A stretch of 19,518 nt of DNA from Oculatellaceae cyanobacterium bins.114 (GCA_033764315.1 JANRJA010000141.1:1-19518); one strand, 5' to 3'. Numbered from the stretch's first letter, positions 1-10,957 are shown. Notes: generated from the sequence alone by a model not told the origin. Translations and numbers: made by a program.

Positions 1-138
1 AGAGAACACACTCATGGATGAATCGATTTCGACGTTTGTTGATACGTTGGGAGAAACATGAAGAAAACTACCTTGGCATGATTCATTTAGCTTGTGCATG
101 TATTGTCATAAGGGCAATTCAAGTTTTCGGATAGGCAC
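1..138 (+). mobile_element. Right end of an IS5-family insertion sequence (transposase C-terminus 3..134 plus probable terminal inverted repeat)
   Basis: Frame from nt 3 reads RTHSWMNRFRRLLIRWEKHEENYLGMIHLACACIVIRAIQVFG* (TAG 132-134), resembling the (V)ERTHSW..RFRRL..RWE C-terminal motif of IS5-family DDE transposases. The stop lies within a putative end TTTTCGGATAGGCAC followed by TTA, a possible target duplication. The exact boundary is inferred. Confidence 0.85.
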
Positions 139-585
139 TTATTAATTCTTGAAGATGATCAGGGGCAGCGTGAAATCTTCTTAACCGCTTCTATCTATTC
201 AATTGGTAGAAGTTCCAGGTGTAATATTCAAATTTTTTCGCAATTTGTTTCGCGCTGCCATGCATCATTAATTCTTATACCTTCAAATCGCCATAGAAAT
301 TTTTATCGGATCGTAGATGGAGATATTGAAGGAAATGTCAGGAGCCAAAATGGACTCTTTGTGAATGGTAACAAGATTACAGTCCACAACCTGCGCGATC
401 GCGATCGCATCGTTTTTGGCTCTCAAGCGCACGCCGTATATTATTGCTTAAGAAAAAATTCAAGCATTAACTCTCAGATTGTCAGAGCATTAGAAGAATT
501 TCCTACGGCAACTGTAGACGAATATCAGATGGCGATCGCCTCAACTGAGGAAGCCGTTTCAGAAAAAGCCCCTGCTCCCGACTGA
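139..585 (+). pseudogene. FHA-domain protein, 5'-truncated by the IS5 insertion
   Basis: The frame of ORF 361..585 is open upstream and reads LLILEDDQGQREIFLTASIYSIGRSSRCNIQIFSQFVSRCHASLI...YRIVDG...SQNGLFVNG...DRIVFG, with the FHA motifs GR, SRxHA and NG. There is no ATG between the in-frame stop at 109-111 and the domain, and the IS end abuts it directly. Confidence 0.8.
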
Positions 586-941
586 GGCAAAACCTTCATT
601 CAGCGATCGCCTGAAAACTGAGGAGCCCAGAGCCAGCTAGGGTTTGAAGATAGTTTCCTGACCACGCGTTGAACCAGGCAGAGGGTTTAACCTAGATGTC
701 TATTGCTGATCAAACTGATGTAGAACTGGACAGTTTCTATATAGGTAAGCCACAACACACAGATACGTTATAGAGCGATTGGCAATACCAAATCTCTATG
801 TAATGCATGGCTGATGCATCTAAAAACGTCTGTAATAACGCTTCTATCTAAAAAATTAGACCTCTAGCTATCGCTGGCTCTCTTGGCAAGAGGAACTACA
901 GGAGGTAATCGATTTGGCGCATCCTTATATTTGATTGGATA

Positions 942-1034
942 TATAGCAATCCTAAATGGGTTGTGAGAGTCGCACCCCTCCGGGGTGCGACTCTCACAAC
1001 CTCCTAATTTCACAAATGATTTAGGACTGCTATA
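942..1034. mobile_element. 93-bp MITE-like element
   Basis: Terminal inverted repeats TATAGCAATCCTAAAT (942-957) and ATTTAGGACTGCTATA (1019-1034) match 15/16. Internal perfect 20-bp stem 959-978/982-1001 with a 3-nt loop. No ORF. Confidence 0.75.
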
Positions 1035-1331
1035 GGTTCAACATGAACATTCAGTTCTATCAGTTGTAGCTATTAAAGATCATTTTATTTTTTATTAGAT
1101 AAAAATTATTTGTGAATGTTTCGTTACTTTTTGTAATATTTCGTGATATTTTACTAAATGTGGGGAAAAGGCTTGCTGAGTCAGTTTTTTCCCAATATCT
1201 CACCCTCATAACCATGTCTCCAGTCAGATACAGTTCTGATCAAGGCGACAGTTTTAGCTCAGAACAGGTCAATCTGTTCTGACTAAGGCTTATTACTGGG
1301 TTTACATTACCTCTAGGGTTAATTAAAAATT

Positions 1332-2291
1332 ATGGCAATCACTATTGATGTAGCTCGCGGCATCTTCCCAAACACTCTATCTGCCGATGCAGTGCCCGCT
1401 ACGATCGCTAGATTCAAGCAGCTCAAAGCCGAAGATCAACTTGCATGGACTTGGTTCGCTTACCTTGAGATGGGTAAAACTATCACAATTGCGGCTCCTG
1501 GAGCTGCCAATATGCAATTTGCAGAAGGTGTGCTAAATCAAATTCGACAAATGACCTTTGCTGAGCAAACGCAAGTGATGTGTGATCTTGCTAACAATGC
1601 AGATACACCTATTTGTCGAACCTATGGAACCTGGTCTCCCAATATCAAGTTAGGGTTCTGGTATCAGCTTGGACGCTGGATGGATGAAGGGGTTGTGGCA
1701 CCTATCCCAGCAGGGTATCAACTGTCTGCGAATGCAGCCGCCGTATTGCAAGCTGTTCGAGAGCTAGATCAAGGCCAACAGATTACTGTGTTGCGTAATG
1801 CTGTCGTTGACATGGGGTTTGATCCGGGCAAGTTGGGCGACTATACCAAAGTGGTCGAGCCTGTGGTTGCTCCAAAAGAACTGTCACAACGTACTCAAGT
1901 GTCGATTGAAGGGGTAACTAATCCAACTGTGTTGAGTTACATGGATAACTTAAACGCCAACGACTTCAACGCACTCATTGAGTTGTTTGTAGCAGACGGT
2001 GCTCTACAACCTCCCTTTCAAAGACCCATTGTTGGCAAAGAAGCGGTTCTTCGCTTCTTTAAAGAAGAATGCCAAAACCTCAAGTTATTGCCAGAACGGG
2101 GTGTGGCTGAACCCGCAGACGATGGCTACACTCAAGTGAAAGTCACGGGCAAGGTTCAAACTCCTTGGTTTGGAGCCGCTGTCGGCATGAACATGGCTTG
2201 GCGGTTTTTGCTCAATCCTGAAGGCAAAATTTTCTTTGTAGCAATTGATTTGTTAGCATCGCCTAAAGAGCTTCTCAATCTAGTTCGTTAG
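1332..2291 (+). CDS. ocp: Orange carotenoid protein (OCP1-type)
   Basis: 319 aa with helical carotenoid-binding N-domain (ARGIFPNTLSADAVPA, IKLGFWYQLG) and NTF2-like C-domain (LQPPFQRPIVG, VQTPWFG, FFVAIDLLASPKELL). The linked frp fits OCP1. Confidence 0.97.
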   Translation: MAITIDVARGIFPNTLSADAVPATIARFKQLKAEDQLAWTWFAYLEMGKTITIAAPGAANMQFAEGVLNQIRQMTFAEQTQVMCDLANNADTPICRTYGTWSPNIKLGFWYQLGRWMDEGVVAPIPAGYQLSANAAAVLQAVRELDQGQQITVLRNAVVDMGFDPGKLGDYTKVVEPVVAPKELSQRTQVSIEGVTNPTVLSYMDNLNANDFNALIELFVADGALQPPFQRPIVGKEAVLRFFKEECQNLKLLPERGVAEPADDGYTQVKVTGKVQTPWFGAAVGMNMAWRFLLNPEGKIFFVAIDLLASPKELLNLVR

Positions 2292-2568
2292 ACTGTTGCA
2301 TCAAACAACATCCGAAATTGCATCTGGATGGGCAAGTTTAGTCAATTGAGGTTCTTGTAAACTCAGATATTTGAGGAAGCTTGCCCCTATCCAATAGCTG
2401 CCTCTGATGACGTTCTTATACCAATTTGAATTGAAAACACGACAAATCCTGGTACGGGTTTGGCACTGCCAAGCCCCTCCTAAACCTTGATCTGCCCAAA
2501 AATCTGTTTGAATCGGTATTAATTTTTTAAAGACGTGATCGGGTTGGATGACACAATGCATGACGATG

Positions 2569-2595
2569 TGAGCGTCCTCTATGAAAGGACGCTCA
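2569..2595 (+). terminator. Stem-loop in the ocp-frp spacer, possible terminator
   Basis: TGAGCGTCCT-ctatgaa-AGGACGCTCA, perfect 10-bp stem with only a weak U-tail (GTTGTCTT). Confidence 0.4.
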
Positions 2596-2917
2596 GTTGT
2601 CTTGAGCAAATAGCATCTGTAGATGGTTTCGTGTTAACTCTTTTGTCAATGGTGGAGCAACGGCGAATACTGCTTCTTTGTGAGCTACGAGTCAATACTT
2701 TCATCGGTATCGGGGGCAATCAGCAAGCTCTTGTAGGTTCGGTTGCTCTCATTTAGCAATCGGTAGAAGACATTGATTTCACCGATTTCACCAATAAAAA
2801 TTTAATTTGTGTGGCGATTGAGGCTAGTTAGTGCAGAGATTCCTAGCTGTGTCCTGCCCTAACCAACCCTTAATGGCTGTTAAAGGTCTATTACATCAGT
2901 GGGAAGGGAAGATCAAA

Positions 2918-3238
2918 GTGAGTGACGTTGCGTGGTCTGATAGTGAGAAAAAGATTGCTCAAGAAGTTTTTAGAAAAGCCTATGAGCGAGAAATTAGTGC
3001 ATTGATTAAAGAGGTTCGAGAACAAGCCAGCACGATTACCGAACTGGATGAGATGTGGCGTTTGCACGATTTTTTAAGTGCCAGACGACATGAATTAGAC
3101 GGCAAATACGACTACCGATATTCCGTTTTGGTTTTTGTTTTTGCGACTCTGGTACGTGAGGGATGGCTACATTTAGATGAACTAAAGGGGCTAGACGCAG
3201 ACAAGTTGACCAAGGTAGCCGCACTAACTCGAATTTAA
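2918..3238 (+). CDS. frp: Fluorescence recovery protein
   Basis: WSDSEKKIAQ...AYEREI...WRLHDFLSARRHELDGKYDYRYS...EGWL...L.GL..DKL.K is typical of FRP. Start placed at GTG 2918 (106 aa, purine-rich run upstream) rather than 2831; the start is inferred. Confidence 0.93.
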   Translation: MSDVAWSDSEKKIAQEVFRKAYEREISALIKEVREQASTITELDEMWRLHDFLSARRHELDGKYDYRYSVLVFVFATLVREGWLHLDELKGLDADKLTKVAALTRI

Positions 3239-3247
3239 GCCATCAAA

Positions 3248-3279
3248 AACCCCCAGAATTCTTGGGAATTTTGGGGGTT
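3248..3279. terminator. Palindrome between convergent frp and ppc, likely bidirectional terminator
   Basis: AACCCCCAGAATTC-ttgg-GAATTTTGGGGGTT, preceded by an A-run; resembles the palindrome at 10958-10990. Confidence 0.65.
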
Positions 3280-3313
3280 CAAAGGATTTGAAGATTGACC
3301 AACTGATGAGAGA

Positions 3314-6300
3314 TCAACCTGTATTTCGCATTCCAGCGGCGATGCCATTGATGGTTAACAACGCACCCCGCAGTAACTCACCTCGGCTGTAACGAGAACG
3401 AATCACCCCAGAGGCTGCGTGGGTCTTATGTTGCCGCAACCGCTTTAGCAGAGAGACTTGCAAGAAACCTAGAGGCACGATGGTGCCGTTCCGCAGTTGC
3501 ACTGATCGCTGAAGTTCAGGATCGCCATCTAATAAGCGTTTGTGTCCTGTAATGGTTAGCACCAGATCACGAGTCAGATAAAACTCATTAGCGATTTGCT
3601 CAAACAACTTTTCAAATCGTTCGATATCTTCTGGTTGCGTCAGTTCTCGAACATAGTGTCCAGCGATTTGCAAATCAACCTTTGAGAGGGTCATTTCACA
3701 TTTTGAGATCGCCATTTTAAAGAAGGGCCACTTGTAGTAGAAGTAGCGCAATAGCTTCAGGTTTTCTTCAGGTTCCTCTTCTAAGAAGCTTTGAATGGCC
3801 GTGCCGACCCCATACCACGAGGGCAATAAGAAGCGGGTTTGAGTCCAGCTAAACACCCAGGGAATTGCCCGCAAGCTAGCCAGGTCTTTTTTGCCACCGC
3901 GTCGGGCTGGACGAGAGCTGATTTGTAATTGGCTAATCTCTTCAATCGGGGTGACTTGATGGAAGAACTCGACAAAATCAGGTTGCTCATAAATCAGGGC
4001 ACGGTAGTGAGAGCGCGATCGCCCCGCTAATTCCTCCATGATTTCATGCCAGGGCTGAATATCATCAAACCCATTGCGCAGCAAACTGGCTTGCATCACC
4101 GCACTGGTAATCGTCTCCAGATTATAGAGGGCTAATTCAGGCAGGTTGTATTTAGAGGCTAAGACCTCCCCTTGTTCGGTGATCTTGATGCGTCCGTCGA
4201 TGCTGCGACCCGGTTGAGCCAAAATCGCCTCATACGCAGGCCCACCGCCCCGTCCTACTGAACCGCCCCGACCGTGGAAGATGCGCAGTGCGACGTTGTG
4301 CTGTTCGGCAACTCGTTGCAAAGCTTGTTGGGCTTTGTGAATCTCCCAGTTGCTGCTCAAGAAGCCAGAATCTTTGTTGCTGTCAGAATAGCCCAGCATG
4401 ACTTCCTGTAACGCCGCTGACGGATTGCCCGCATCATCTCGATCAACTGCATAGCCACCCGACAGATAGGCTCGATAGAGCGGCAGAGTAAACAAGTGCT
4501 CCATCACAGACGGGGCACGCAGCAAGTCTTCAACCGTTTCAAACAGCGGCACGACCTGCAAATTGCCTGTACCTGCCGCTGGATCATACAACCCTGCCTC
4601 TTTTGCCAATAGCAAAACCTCTAGCAGATCGCTGACATTGTGGCTCATGCTAATGACATAGCTCTGGCAGATTTCAGGCCCAAACTCTTGATGCAACTTT
4701 CGCACCATGCGGAAGGTCTGAATTGTTTCACAGGTCTTTTCGGAGAAGGGCAACTCTGTGGGAATTAAAGGACGACGAGTTTGCAACTCAGTTGCCAAGA
4801 AGAGCGATCGCTGTTCTTCGGTCATCTCGTTATAAGGACGAGGCAAAATCTGCAAATACTCGGTGATTTCGTGAATTGTGTCAGAGTGGCGTGAGCTTTC
4901 CTGACGAATATCCAAGTGTGCCAGGTTAAAGCCATAAATCTCTACCTGACACAGCAAATTTTCTAGATCTCGACAGGTCAACCCAGTTTCATTTAAGTTG
5001 CGTTGAATTAACTGCAACTCAGCTAAAAACTCAGCTCCAGAACGATAGATTGCCGCTGGATTAACCTCTGGCATTTCATCTTGAAAATAGTCGCCATTGT
5101 AGAGGTGCAAGCTGCGATCGCGCGTATTTTCTAACCGTTTTTGAATGTATGCCAGCTTCAGCCGATAGGGTTCTTGCCGATAGCGAATCGCCAATTGCTC
5201 ATAGACCTCTGGCATCTGAATCTGGTCTTGCTCCAGTGATTCCAGCAAGTCTGGCAACACATCACTCCAATGCAATGAGAGGCTGAGCAGGCTGATGAGA
5301 TGCTTGACAGATTGGATATATTTCTCTAACACCAGGTTGCGCTGATAACAAGCTGTTTTCCAGGTGATTTGAGGAGTGACAGAGGGGTTGCCATCTCGGT
5401 CAGATCCAACCCAGGAGCCAAATTTGCAGAAGTTATAGCGGGGTGGTCGCAGGCGCGGAAACGTGGCGTTTAAGGCATGGCGCAAACGGTGATAGAGTTG
5501 CGGGATCGCTTCAAACAAAACCTCTTGGAAGTAGTGGAGGGTGTAATCGACTTCGTCTAACACCGTGGGTTTAAACTGGTGCAACTCATCCGTTCGCCAC
5601 CATAGACGAATTTCCTCGGTCAGTTGCTCTCGCAGTGCCTCAGCCTCCCAAGAGGAAGACAACCCCAAATCTTGCATGCCTTCTTCAACTTGATCCAACC
5701 GACGCAAAATCTTAGCAATCCGCCGTTGTTTGTCTCGAATCGTGTGGCGCACAATTTCAGTCGGGTGCGCTGTAAACACCAAGCGGATGTCTAGATTATC
5801 AATCAGGTTTTGAATCTGTCGGGGTGGCACATTTAAGGTAAAGAGTTTGGGAAATAGGGTTTGAAAGGTGCCCGATTCACGTCGCACCCCTTGTTCTTGC
5901 CAACTGCGCTCTAGCAGGTCAGCATGTAACCCTGAACCTTGCTCTTCATTGTGAAATGGGTGAGGCTCAGGAAACCCGGATTGTGTCTCAGCGGAGCCAT
6001 CATAGGACAAGTATTGTTGTTGTTGTCCGCGTTGCTCATAGTGTTGTTCAACAATGTTGATCAGCTGAAAATAGAGCGCAAACGCCCGTGCTGCCCGAAT
6101 TGCGTCATTTAAGTCTAACTTTTCAATCACTTTCAGAGCTTCTGGCTCAAATTCTTCGGGAGCTTGCCCGTCTGGAGATGACATGCCTCGCAACTGCTGC
6201 AACAAGGTCACGAGTTGTTGTCCACACTCTTGGTCTAGAACTGATTCCCACAGATCTTCTACAATCTTGAGACGGTGTCTCAGAAAGAGATCATAGGGTG

Positions 6301-6385
6301 AGGCGAGATGAATGGGTTCAGTTTGAGATTCTGTCACTGTGCCGGAACGAGATGCGTCGTCTGAAGAGTGGAGGGAGGAACTCAT
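3314..6385 (-). CDS. ppc: Phosphoenolpyruvate carboxylase
   Basis: Motifs [59 protein letters not shown] and C-terminal MRNTG. ATG at 6385 preferred over TTG at 6400. Confidence 0.98.
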   Translation of the reverse strand: MSSSLHSSDDASRSGTVTESQTEPIHLASPYDLFLRHRLKIVEDLWESVLDQECGQQLVTLLQQLRGMSSPDGQAPEEFEPEALKVIEKLDLNDAIRAARAFALYFQLINIVEQHYEQRGQQQQYLSYDGSAETQSGFPEPHPFHNEEQGSGLHADLLERSWQEQGVRRESGTFQTLFPKLFTLNVPPRQIQNLIDNLDIRLVFTAHPTEIVRHTIRDKQRRIAKILRRLDQVEEGMQDLGLSSSWEAEALREQLTEEIRLWWRTDELHQFKPTVLDEVDYTLHYFQEVLFEAIPQLYHRLRHALNATFPRLRPPRYNFCKFGSWVGSDRDGNPSVTPQITWKTACYQRNLVLEKYIQSVKHLISLLSLSLHWSDVLPDLLESLEQDQIQMPEVYEQLAIRYRQEPYRLKLAYIQKRLENTRDRSLHLYNGDYFQDEMPEVNPAAIYRSGAEFLAELQLIQRNLNETGLTCRDLENLLCQVEIYGFNLAHLDIRQESSRHSDTIHEITEYLQILPRPYNEMTEEQRSLFLATELQTRRPLIPTELPFSEKTCETIQTFRMVRKLHQEFGPEICQSYVISMSHNVSDLLEVLLLAKEAGLYDPAAGTGNLQVVPLFETVEDLLRAPSVMEHLFTLPLYRAYLSGGYAVDRDDAGNPSAALQEVMLGYSDSNKDSGFLSSNWEIHKAQQALQRVAEQHNVALRIFHGRGGSVGRGGGPAYEAILAQPGRSIDGRIKITEQGEVLASKYNLPELALYNLETITSAVMQASLLRNGFDDIQPWHEIMEELAGRSRSHYRALIYEQPDFVEFFHQVTPIEEISQLQISSRPARRGGKKDLASLRAIPWVFSWTQTRFLLPSWYGVGTAIQSFLEEEPEENLKLLRYFYYKWPFFKMAISKCEMTLSKVDLQIAGHYVRELTQPEDIERFEKLFEQIANEFYLTRDLVLTITGHKRLLDGDPELQRSVQLRNGTIVPLGFLQVSLLKRLRQHKTHAASGVIRSRYSRGELLRGALLTINGIAAGMRNTG

Positions 6386-6539
6386 GGTGTGTCCTGGCAA
6401 GAATATTCGATAATTTTAGGGGTTTTGATGGGTCAGATCTAGTGATTGGTCGAGATCATAGAGCAAGGTATCCTGAAATCTAGACTCCACAAACCTTTAG
6501 TAGAACTCATGACATACACCATCACATAAACATTGCAGG

Positions 6540-6566
6540 TGTTTAAGTGCAGATGTTTAAGTGCAG
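6540..6566. repeat. Short tandem duplication in the divergent ppc/recombinase intergenic region
   Basis: TGTTTAAGTGCAG at 6540-6552 and 6554-6566 (period 14). Confidence 0.8.
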
Positions 6567-6697
6567 TGATGAGAATGCCAGAGCATCTCAATTTCTCAAC
6601 CTGTTTAGAGGATAGAGTCTTTCTGGAAGTTATGTTGAGATTTAAGGATTATTGCAATAGTTTTCTTTCGTTTTAACGATCGCCCCATATCTGCTCC

Positions 6698-8020
6698 ATG
6701 AAAGTTTTTGCGTATTCTTACAGTAATCCGTTGTTTGAATCTGTGCCCGATGTATCTATCTGGGGATGGGCAATCGACGAGATATATCAAGATCTGGGCG
6801 ATCGCCATCAGTTAGAAAAACTACTTCAAGACTGTCATGCCGAGTCAGTCGCCTATGTTGTAGTGCGGCGATTAGAAGAATTGGGAGACTCGGTGGAAGC
6901 GGTGGGCGATCGCCTCAAAACCCTGGAAACGTTGGGAATTACTGTGATTGCCCTAGAACAGGGAAGTGCAGACGACAATCCATTGATGCGGCGATCGGAA
7001 GCATTGCAGTTGGTGCAAGCCATTCAACACAATCAACAGAGCCAGCGCATTCGTCAGGGACACGCCCGCAACCGCATCAAAGCCCTGCCTCCTCCCGGCA
7101 AAGCCCCCTATGGCTATCGGCGTGGCAAAGAACGGTATACCCTCGATCGCACCACGGCCCCAGTCGTCAAAGACTTTTTTGAACACTTCCTGTTATACGG
7201 GTCATTGCGGGGCAGCGTCCGTTATTTGCAGAAGAAATACAACAAAAAAATCTCCGTTTCAACGGGCAAGCGTTGGTTAACCAGTCCGGTTTATCGGGGC
7301 AACCTGCTCTATCAAACCGGAGATGTAATGCCCGACACCCACGCGGCAATTCTCTCGCGGCAAGAAGCGGCTCAAGTCGATCGCCTGTTGCGTCGCAATA
7401 GTCGCATGGCTCCTAAAACCGCCAGTGCCCCGCGATCGCTAGCAGGGTTAGTGACCTGTGCCACGTGTCAGTTACCCATGACTGTCAGCCGAGTTCCAGC
7501 GACTCGCAAAACCCAAGAATATCTCTATCTACGGGCAATGCAAAGCCGTTCATCCACTGGAGTAAACGCCTGTCCTAATCAGCCCAAGTGTCGTGCCATT
7601 CCCTACGCTCAAGTGCTCGACCAGACGATTCAGCGAATTTGCGAAGACTTGCCCCGTGCTGTGGCGGAGTTGCAAGTGCCCAGCATGGATGGGATCAAAC
7701 AAGGATTAGCGGCTCAAATTGCTGCCAAACAAGGCGTTTTAGAACAGCTTCCCGATCTGACCGCAACGGGAATTTTAGATGCTGAAACGGCTGAGTTGAG
7801 AGCTTATAACGTGCGATCAGAAATTGCCCAACTGCAAGCGACGCTCTCCCAATTGCCTCCAGTAGACTTGAAAGCCACTGCTCAAGCCGTGTCGATTCCG
7901 CAATTTTGGCTGGACTTGTCTGAAACGGAGCGTCGCTTTTACTTTCGAGAATTTATTCGACAAATTCAAATTGTGCGAGAGGGGAAGGACTGGGAACTCA
8001 AGTTGGTGTTTATTTTTTGA
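6698..8020 (+). CDS. Large serine recombinase-family protein (degenerate resolvase, recombinase and zinc-ribbon domains)
   Basis: 440 aa; GKAPYGY and P.YRG recombinase-domain motifs, LAGLVTCATC...C...C zinc ribbon, coiled coil and a typical C-terminus (ERRFYFREFIRQIQI). The N-terminus lacks YxRxS. Confidence 0.85.
   Translation: MKVFAYSYSNPLFESVPDVSIWGWAIDEIYQDLGDRHQLEKLLQDCHAESVAYVVVRRLEELGDSVEAVGDRLKTLETLGITVIALEQGSADDNPLMRRSEALQLVQAIQHNQQSQRIRQGHARNRIKALPPPGKAPYGYRRGKERYTLDRTTAPVVKDFFEHFLLYGSLRGSVRYLQKKYNKKISVSTGKRWLTSPVYRGNLLYQTGDVMPDTHAAILSRQEAAQVDRLLRRNSRMAPKTASAPRSLAGLVTCATCQLPMTVSRVPATRKTQEYLYLRAMQSRSSTGVNACPNQPKCRAIPYAQVLDQTIQRICEDLPRAVAELQVPSMDGIKQGLAAQIAAKQGVLEQLPDLTATGILDAETAELRAYNVRSEIAQLQATLSQLPPVDLKATAQAVSIPQFWLDLSETERRFYFREFIRQIQIVREGKDWELKLVFIF
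7540..7566. repeat. Probable 27-nt in-frame small dispersed repeat inserted in a HIP1-like site
   Basis: Removing GCAAAGCCGTTCATCCACTGGAGTAAA leaves GCAAT|CGC, one mismatch from HIP1, and keeps the frame (RAIAC). The insert contains a short hairpin (TCCA-c-TGGA). Confidence 0.5.
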
Positions 8021-8305
8021 GGAAGAGGTAGCAGTTGTCTCGACAGTTGCTATAGGAAGTCAAGGTGACGAAGAACGATTTTCAATTTGCTCCATAACCG
8101 AAACCATTAGACTGATTTTTGCTGTGGCTTTCGACGGGTGGAGTACCTCTTTGGGCAGCGATCGCAACTTCACCAAAAATTTATACACACCAGAAAATAG
8201 CTGTATACGCTCAACCTCTGCCAAAAGTACGTCTTTACGACCCATTCCTACGGTTTTCCTCCCTGTCCGGTGGGAAGTGTTGCGGATACATTGGTATGTA
8301 ATACG

Positions 8306-8323
8306 GTTACAAATGTTTATATC
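8306..8323 (+). promoter_or_regulatory. Candidate HLR1 (RpaB-binding) motif upstream of clpC
   Basis: GTTACAAA-TG-TTTATATC against (G/T)TTACA(T/A)(T/A)-N2-(G/T)TTACA(T/A)(T/A): 8/8 and 6/8, ending 82 nt before the ATG. Confidence 0.35.
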
Positions 8324-8405
8324 AGTGGCTATGGCACTCGAGAAGACACCGTAGACGGGGTAGACAAGGGTCTACTGTTGATACAGCCTAGCGGAGAAAT
8401 CCCAT

Positions 8406-10919
8406 ATGTTTGAGTATTTCACTGAAAAGGCGATCGCCGCTGTCATGTTTGCCCAAGAAGAGGCTCGCCGTTTGGGGCACAATTTTGTGGGCACTGAGCA
8501 GATTCTGTTGGGATTAATTCGAGCAGAAGGCAGCATTGCGGCGAATGTCCTAGCTGAACTGGGTGTCACTTTAGCCGCGACACGGGCTGAAGTTGAAAAA
8601 ATCGTGGGTCGGGGGTCTGGTTTTGTCCCATCTGAGATTCCCTTCACTCCTAAAACCAAGCGTGTTTTTGAGCAAGCGTTTCAAGAGGCTCGTCAGCTTG
8701 ATACTCGCTACGTCGGTTCAGAACATTTGCTATTGAGCCTCATCCAGGAAGGCGAAAGCGTTGCTGTCAAAATTCTTGATAACTTTCAGGTCGATCTGGC
8801 CGAGGTTCGTAAGCGGGTCATTCAGGCCGTTGGAGAAGCAACCCCTGTGTCTGCGGGAAGAGCATCGACTCGATCAACCGGCGATCGCGCTAAACGTCGC
8901 ACCAAAATGTTGGATGAGTTTGGGGTCAACCTGACCCAACGTGCCCTTGAAGGTAAATTAGACCCGATGGTGGGGCGTCAGCGTGAGCTAGAAAGGGTCG
9001 TGCAAATTTTGGGTCGTCGCACCAAAAACAACCCCATTTTAGTGGGTGAACCTGGCGTGGGTAAAACGGCGATCGCCGAAGGTCTGGCTCAGCGCATTGC
9101 CAACCAGGATGTGCCTGAAACTTTGCTAGATAAACAGGTGTATAGCCTTGATATGGGGTCTCTGTTAGCAGGGACTCGGTTTAGAGGCGACTTTGAAGAG
9201 CGCATCACCCAGATTGTCAATGAAGTGCGTCAATCCACCAATATCATTTTGATGATTGACGAGATTCATACCCTGGTTGGGGCTGGCTCAATCGAAGGAG
9301 GCACCGATGCGGCTAATTTGCTCAAGCCTGCGTTAGCGCGGGGCGAACTGCAATGCATTGGGGCAACGACGCTGGATGAATATCAGAAGCACATTGAGCG
9401 AGATGCAGCATTGGAACGACGCTTTCAACCAGTAAAAGTGGGCGAACCGACAGTGGATGAGACGATCGACATTCTGCGAGGATTGCGCGATCGCTATGAA
9501 CACCACCACATGCTAACCATCACCAATGATGCGTTAGAGGCAGCCGCCAAGCTCTCAGATCGCTATATCAGCGATCGCTTCTTGCCTGATAAAGCCATCG
9601 ACTTGATTGACGAAGCGGGTTCCTTGGTGCGTTTCCGCCATGCTCAAAAGTCGCCGACCAAAGACCTCAAGCGAGAGTTGCGCCAGGTTACAGCCGAGAA
9701 GAACGCCGCCGTGCAAGCTCAAGACTTTGACAAAGCCGGACAACTGCGCGATCGCGAACTAGAACTGGAAGTGCAACTAAAAGCGGCCCAATCGCCAGAA
9801 AATCAAGCTCTACTAGCCCATGAGGCCGAAGGAGCAGAGGTTCTCTCGGCGGGTCTGCCAACCGTCACCGCTGAAGATATTGCTCAGGTGGTTTCCTCCT
9901 GGACAAGCATTCCGGTGAACAAGTTGTCAGAGTCTGAATCGATCTTGTTGATGCATTTGGAAGACATGTTGCACCAGCGAGTGATCGGCCAAGACGAAGC
10001 CGTGGTTGTGGTATCTCGTGCTATTCGACGGGCACGAGTGGGGTTAGGCAATCCCGATCGTCCGATCGCCAGTCTGATTTTTTCTGGCCCAACCGGGGTG
10101 GGTAAGACGGAATTGGCTAAAGCTCTTGCTGCCAGCATCTTTGGCTCTGAAGACGCGATGATTCGCCTGGATATGTCGGAATACATGGAGTCGCACAACG
10201 TCTCCAAGCTGATTGGTTCGCCTCCGGGCTATATCGGTTATGACGATGGTGGGCAACTCACCGAGCAGGTGCGTCGTAAGCCTTACAGTGTTGTCTTGAT
10301 GGATGAAATCGAAAAGGCACACCCTGATGTCTTTAACATGCTGTTGCAGTTGTTAGAAGACGGTCGCCTCACGGACTCTAAAGGTCGCACAGTCAGCTTT
10401 AAAAACACCTTGCTGATTATGACCTCTAATATTGGGTCAAAGGTGATCGAGAAAGGGGGCGGTGGTTTGGGCTTTGAACTCTCCACTGATGATGCCGACA
10501 CATCTCAATACACGCGCATTCGTAACCTGGTGAACGAAGAACTGAAGCATTACTTCCGTCCAGAGTTCCTTAACCGATTGGATGAAATCATTGTCTTCCG
10601 TCAACTGAAGCGAGATGAAGTGACCCAAATCGCCGATCTGATGATTCACGAAGCGGCCAGTCGCTTGACTGAGCAGGGCATTGCCCTCGAAGTTAGCGAT
10701 GCCTTTAAGGAGCGAGTCGTGGCTGAGGGCTTTAACCCTAGCTATGGGGCACGTCCTTTGCGTCGGGCGATCGCTCGATTACTCGAAGACTCTCTGGCAG
10801 ATGCTATCTTGTCGGGTCAGGTGCGCTCTGGTCACACCGCCGTAGTGGATATCGATGATGACGGTCAGGTGCGAGTTGTTCGCAAAGAGGTGCCTACTCT
10901 GGCAGCGATCGCCTCTTAG
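8406..10919 (+). CDS. clpC: ATP-dependent Clp protease ATPase subunit ClpC (divergent paralogue)
   Basis: Double Clp-N repeats, Walker A motifs GEPGVGKT and GPTGVGKT, short UVR-type middle domain ([17 protein letters not shown]), ClpP-docking loop GGGGLGF and GARPLRR. Confidence 0.93.
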   Translation: MFEYFTEKAIAAVMFAQEEARRLGHNFVGTEQILLGLIRAEGSIAANVLAELGVTLAATRAEVEKIVGRGSGFVPSEIPFTPKTKRVFEQAFQEARQLDTRYVGSEHLLLSLIQEGESVAVKILDNFQVDLAEVRKRVIQAVGEATPVSAGRASTRSTGDRAKRRTKMLDEFGVNLTQRALEGKLDPMVGRQRELERVVQILGRRTKNNPILVGEPGVGKTAIAEGLAQRIANQDVPETLLDKQVYSLDMGSLLAGTRFRGDFEERITQIVNEVRQSTNIILMIDEIHTLVGAGSIEGGTDAANLLKPALARGELQCIGATTLDEYQKHIERDAALERRFQPVKVGEPTVDETIDILRGLRDRYEHHHMLTITNDALEAAAKLSDRYISDRFLPDKAIDLIDEAGSLVRFRHAQKSPTKDLKRELRQVTAEKNAAVQAQDFDKAGQLRDRELELEVQLKAAQSPENQALLAHEAEGAEVLSAGLPTVTAEDIAQVVSSWTSIPVNKLSESESILLMHLEDMLHQRVIGQDEAVVVVSRAIRRARVGLGNPDRPIASLIFSGPTGVGKTELAKALAASIFGSEDAMIRLDMSEYMESHNVSKLIGSPPGYIGYDDGGQLTEQVRRKPYSVVLMDEIEKAHPDVFNMLLQLLEDGRLTDSKGRTVSFKNTLLIMTSNIGSKVIEKGGGGLGFELSTDDADTSQYTRIRNLVNEELKHYFRPEFLNRLDEIIVFRQLKRDEVTQIADLMIHEAASRLTEQGIALEVSDAFKERVVAEGFNPSYGARPLRRAIARLLEDSLADAILSGQVRSGHTAVVDIDDDGQVRVVRKEVPTLAAIAS

Positions 10920-10957
10920 GTGGGGCTTTTGTAAACGCCAATTGGTAACGACTACTT

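Noticed and set aside
544-623. ACTGAGG recurring at 544, 581 and 617 (36-37 nt period) as a mini-array
   Set aside because: Only 7 bp are shared; more simply low-complexity coding sequence around the FHA gene end.
1108-1150. HLR1-like 10-bp periodic motif upstream of ocp
   Set aside because: Too many mismatches in an AT-rich stretch to distinguish from chance.
2301-2756. ORFs 2301..2609 (-) and 2535..2756 (+), or a crtW remnant
   Set aside because: No recognisable motifs such as ketolase His-boxes, non-ATG starts and mutual overlap.
8060-8245. 61-aa minus-strand small protein between the recombinase and clpC
   Set aside because: ATG start but no recognisable domain; cannot be supported without homology or ribosome profiling.
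8298-8310. NtcA site upstream of clpC
   Set aside because: Spacing is GTA-N7-TAC rather than GTA-N8-TAC.
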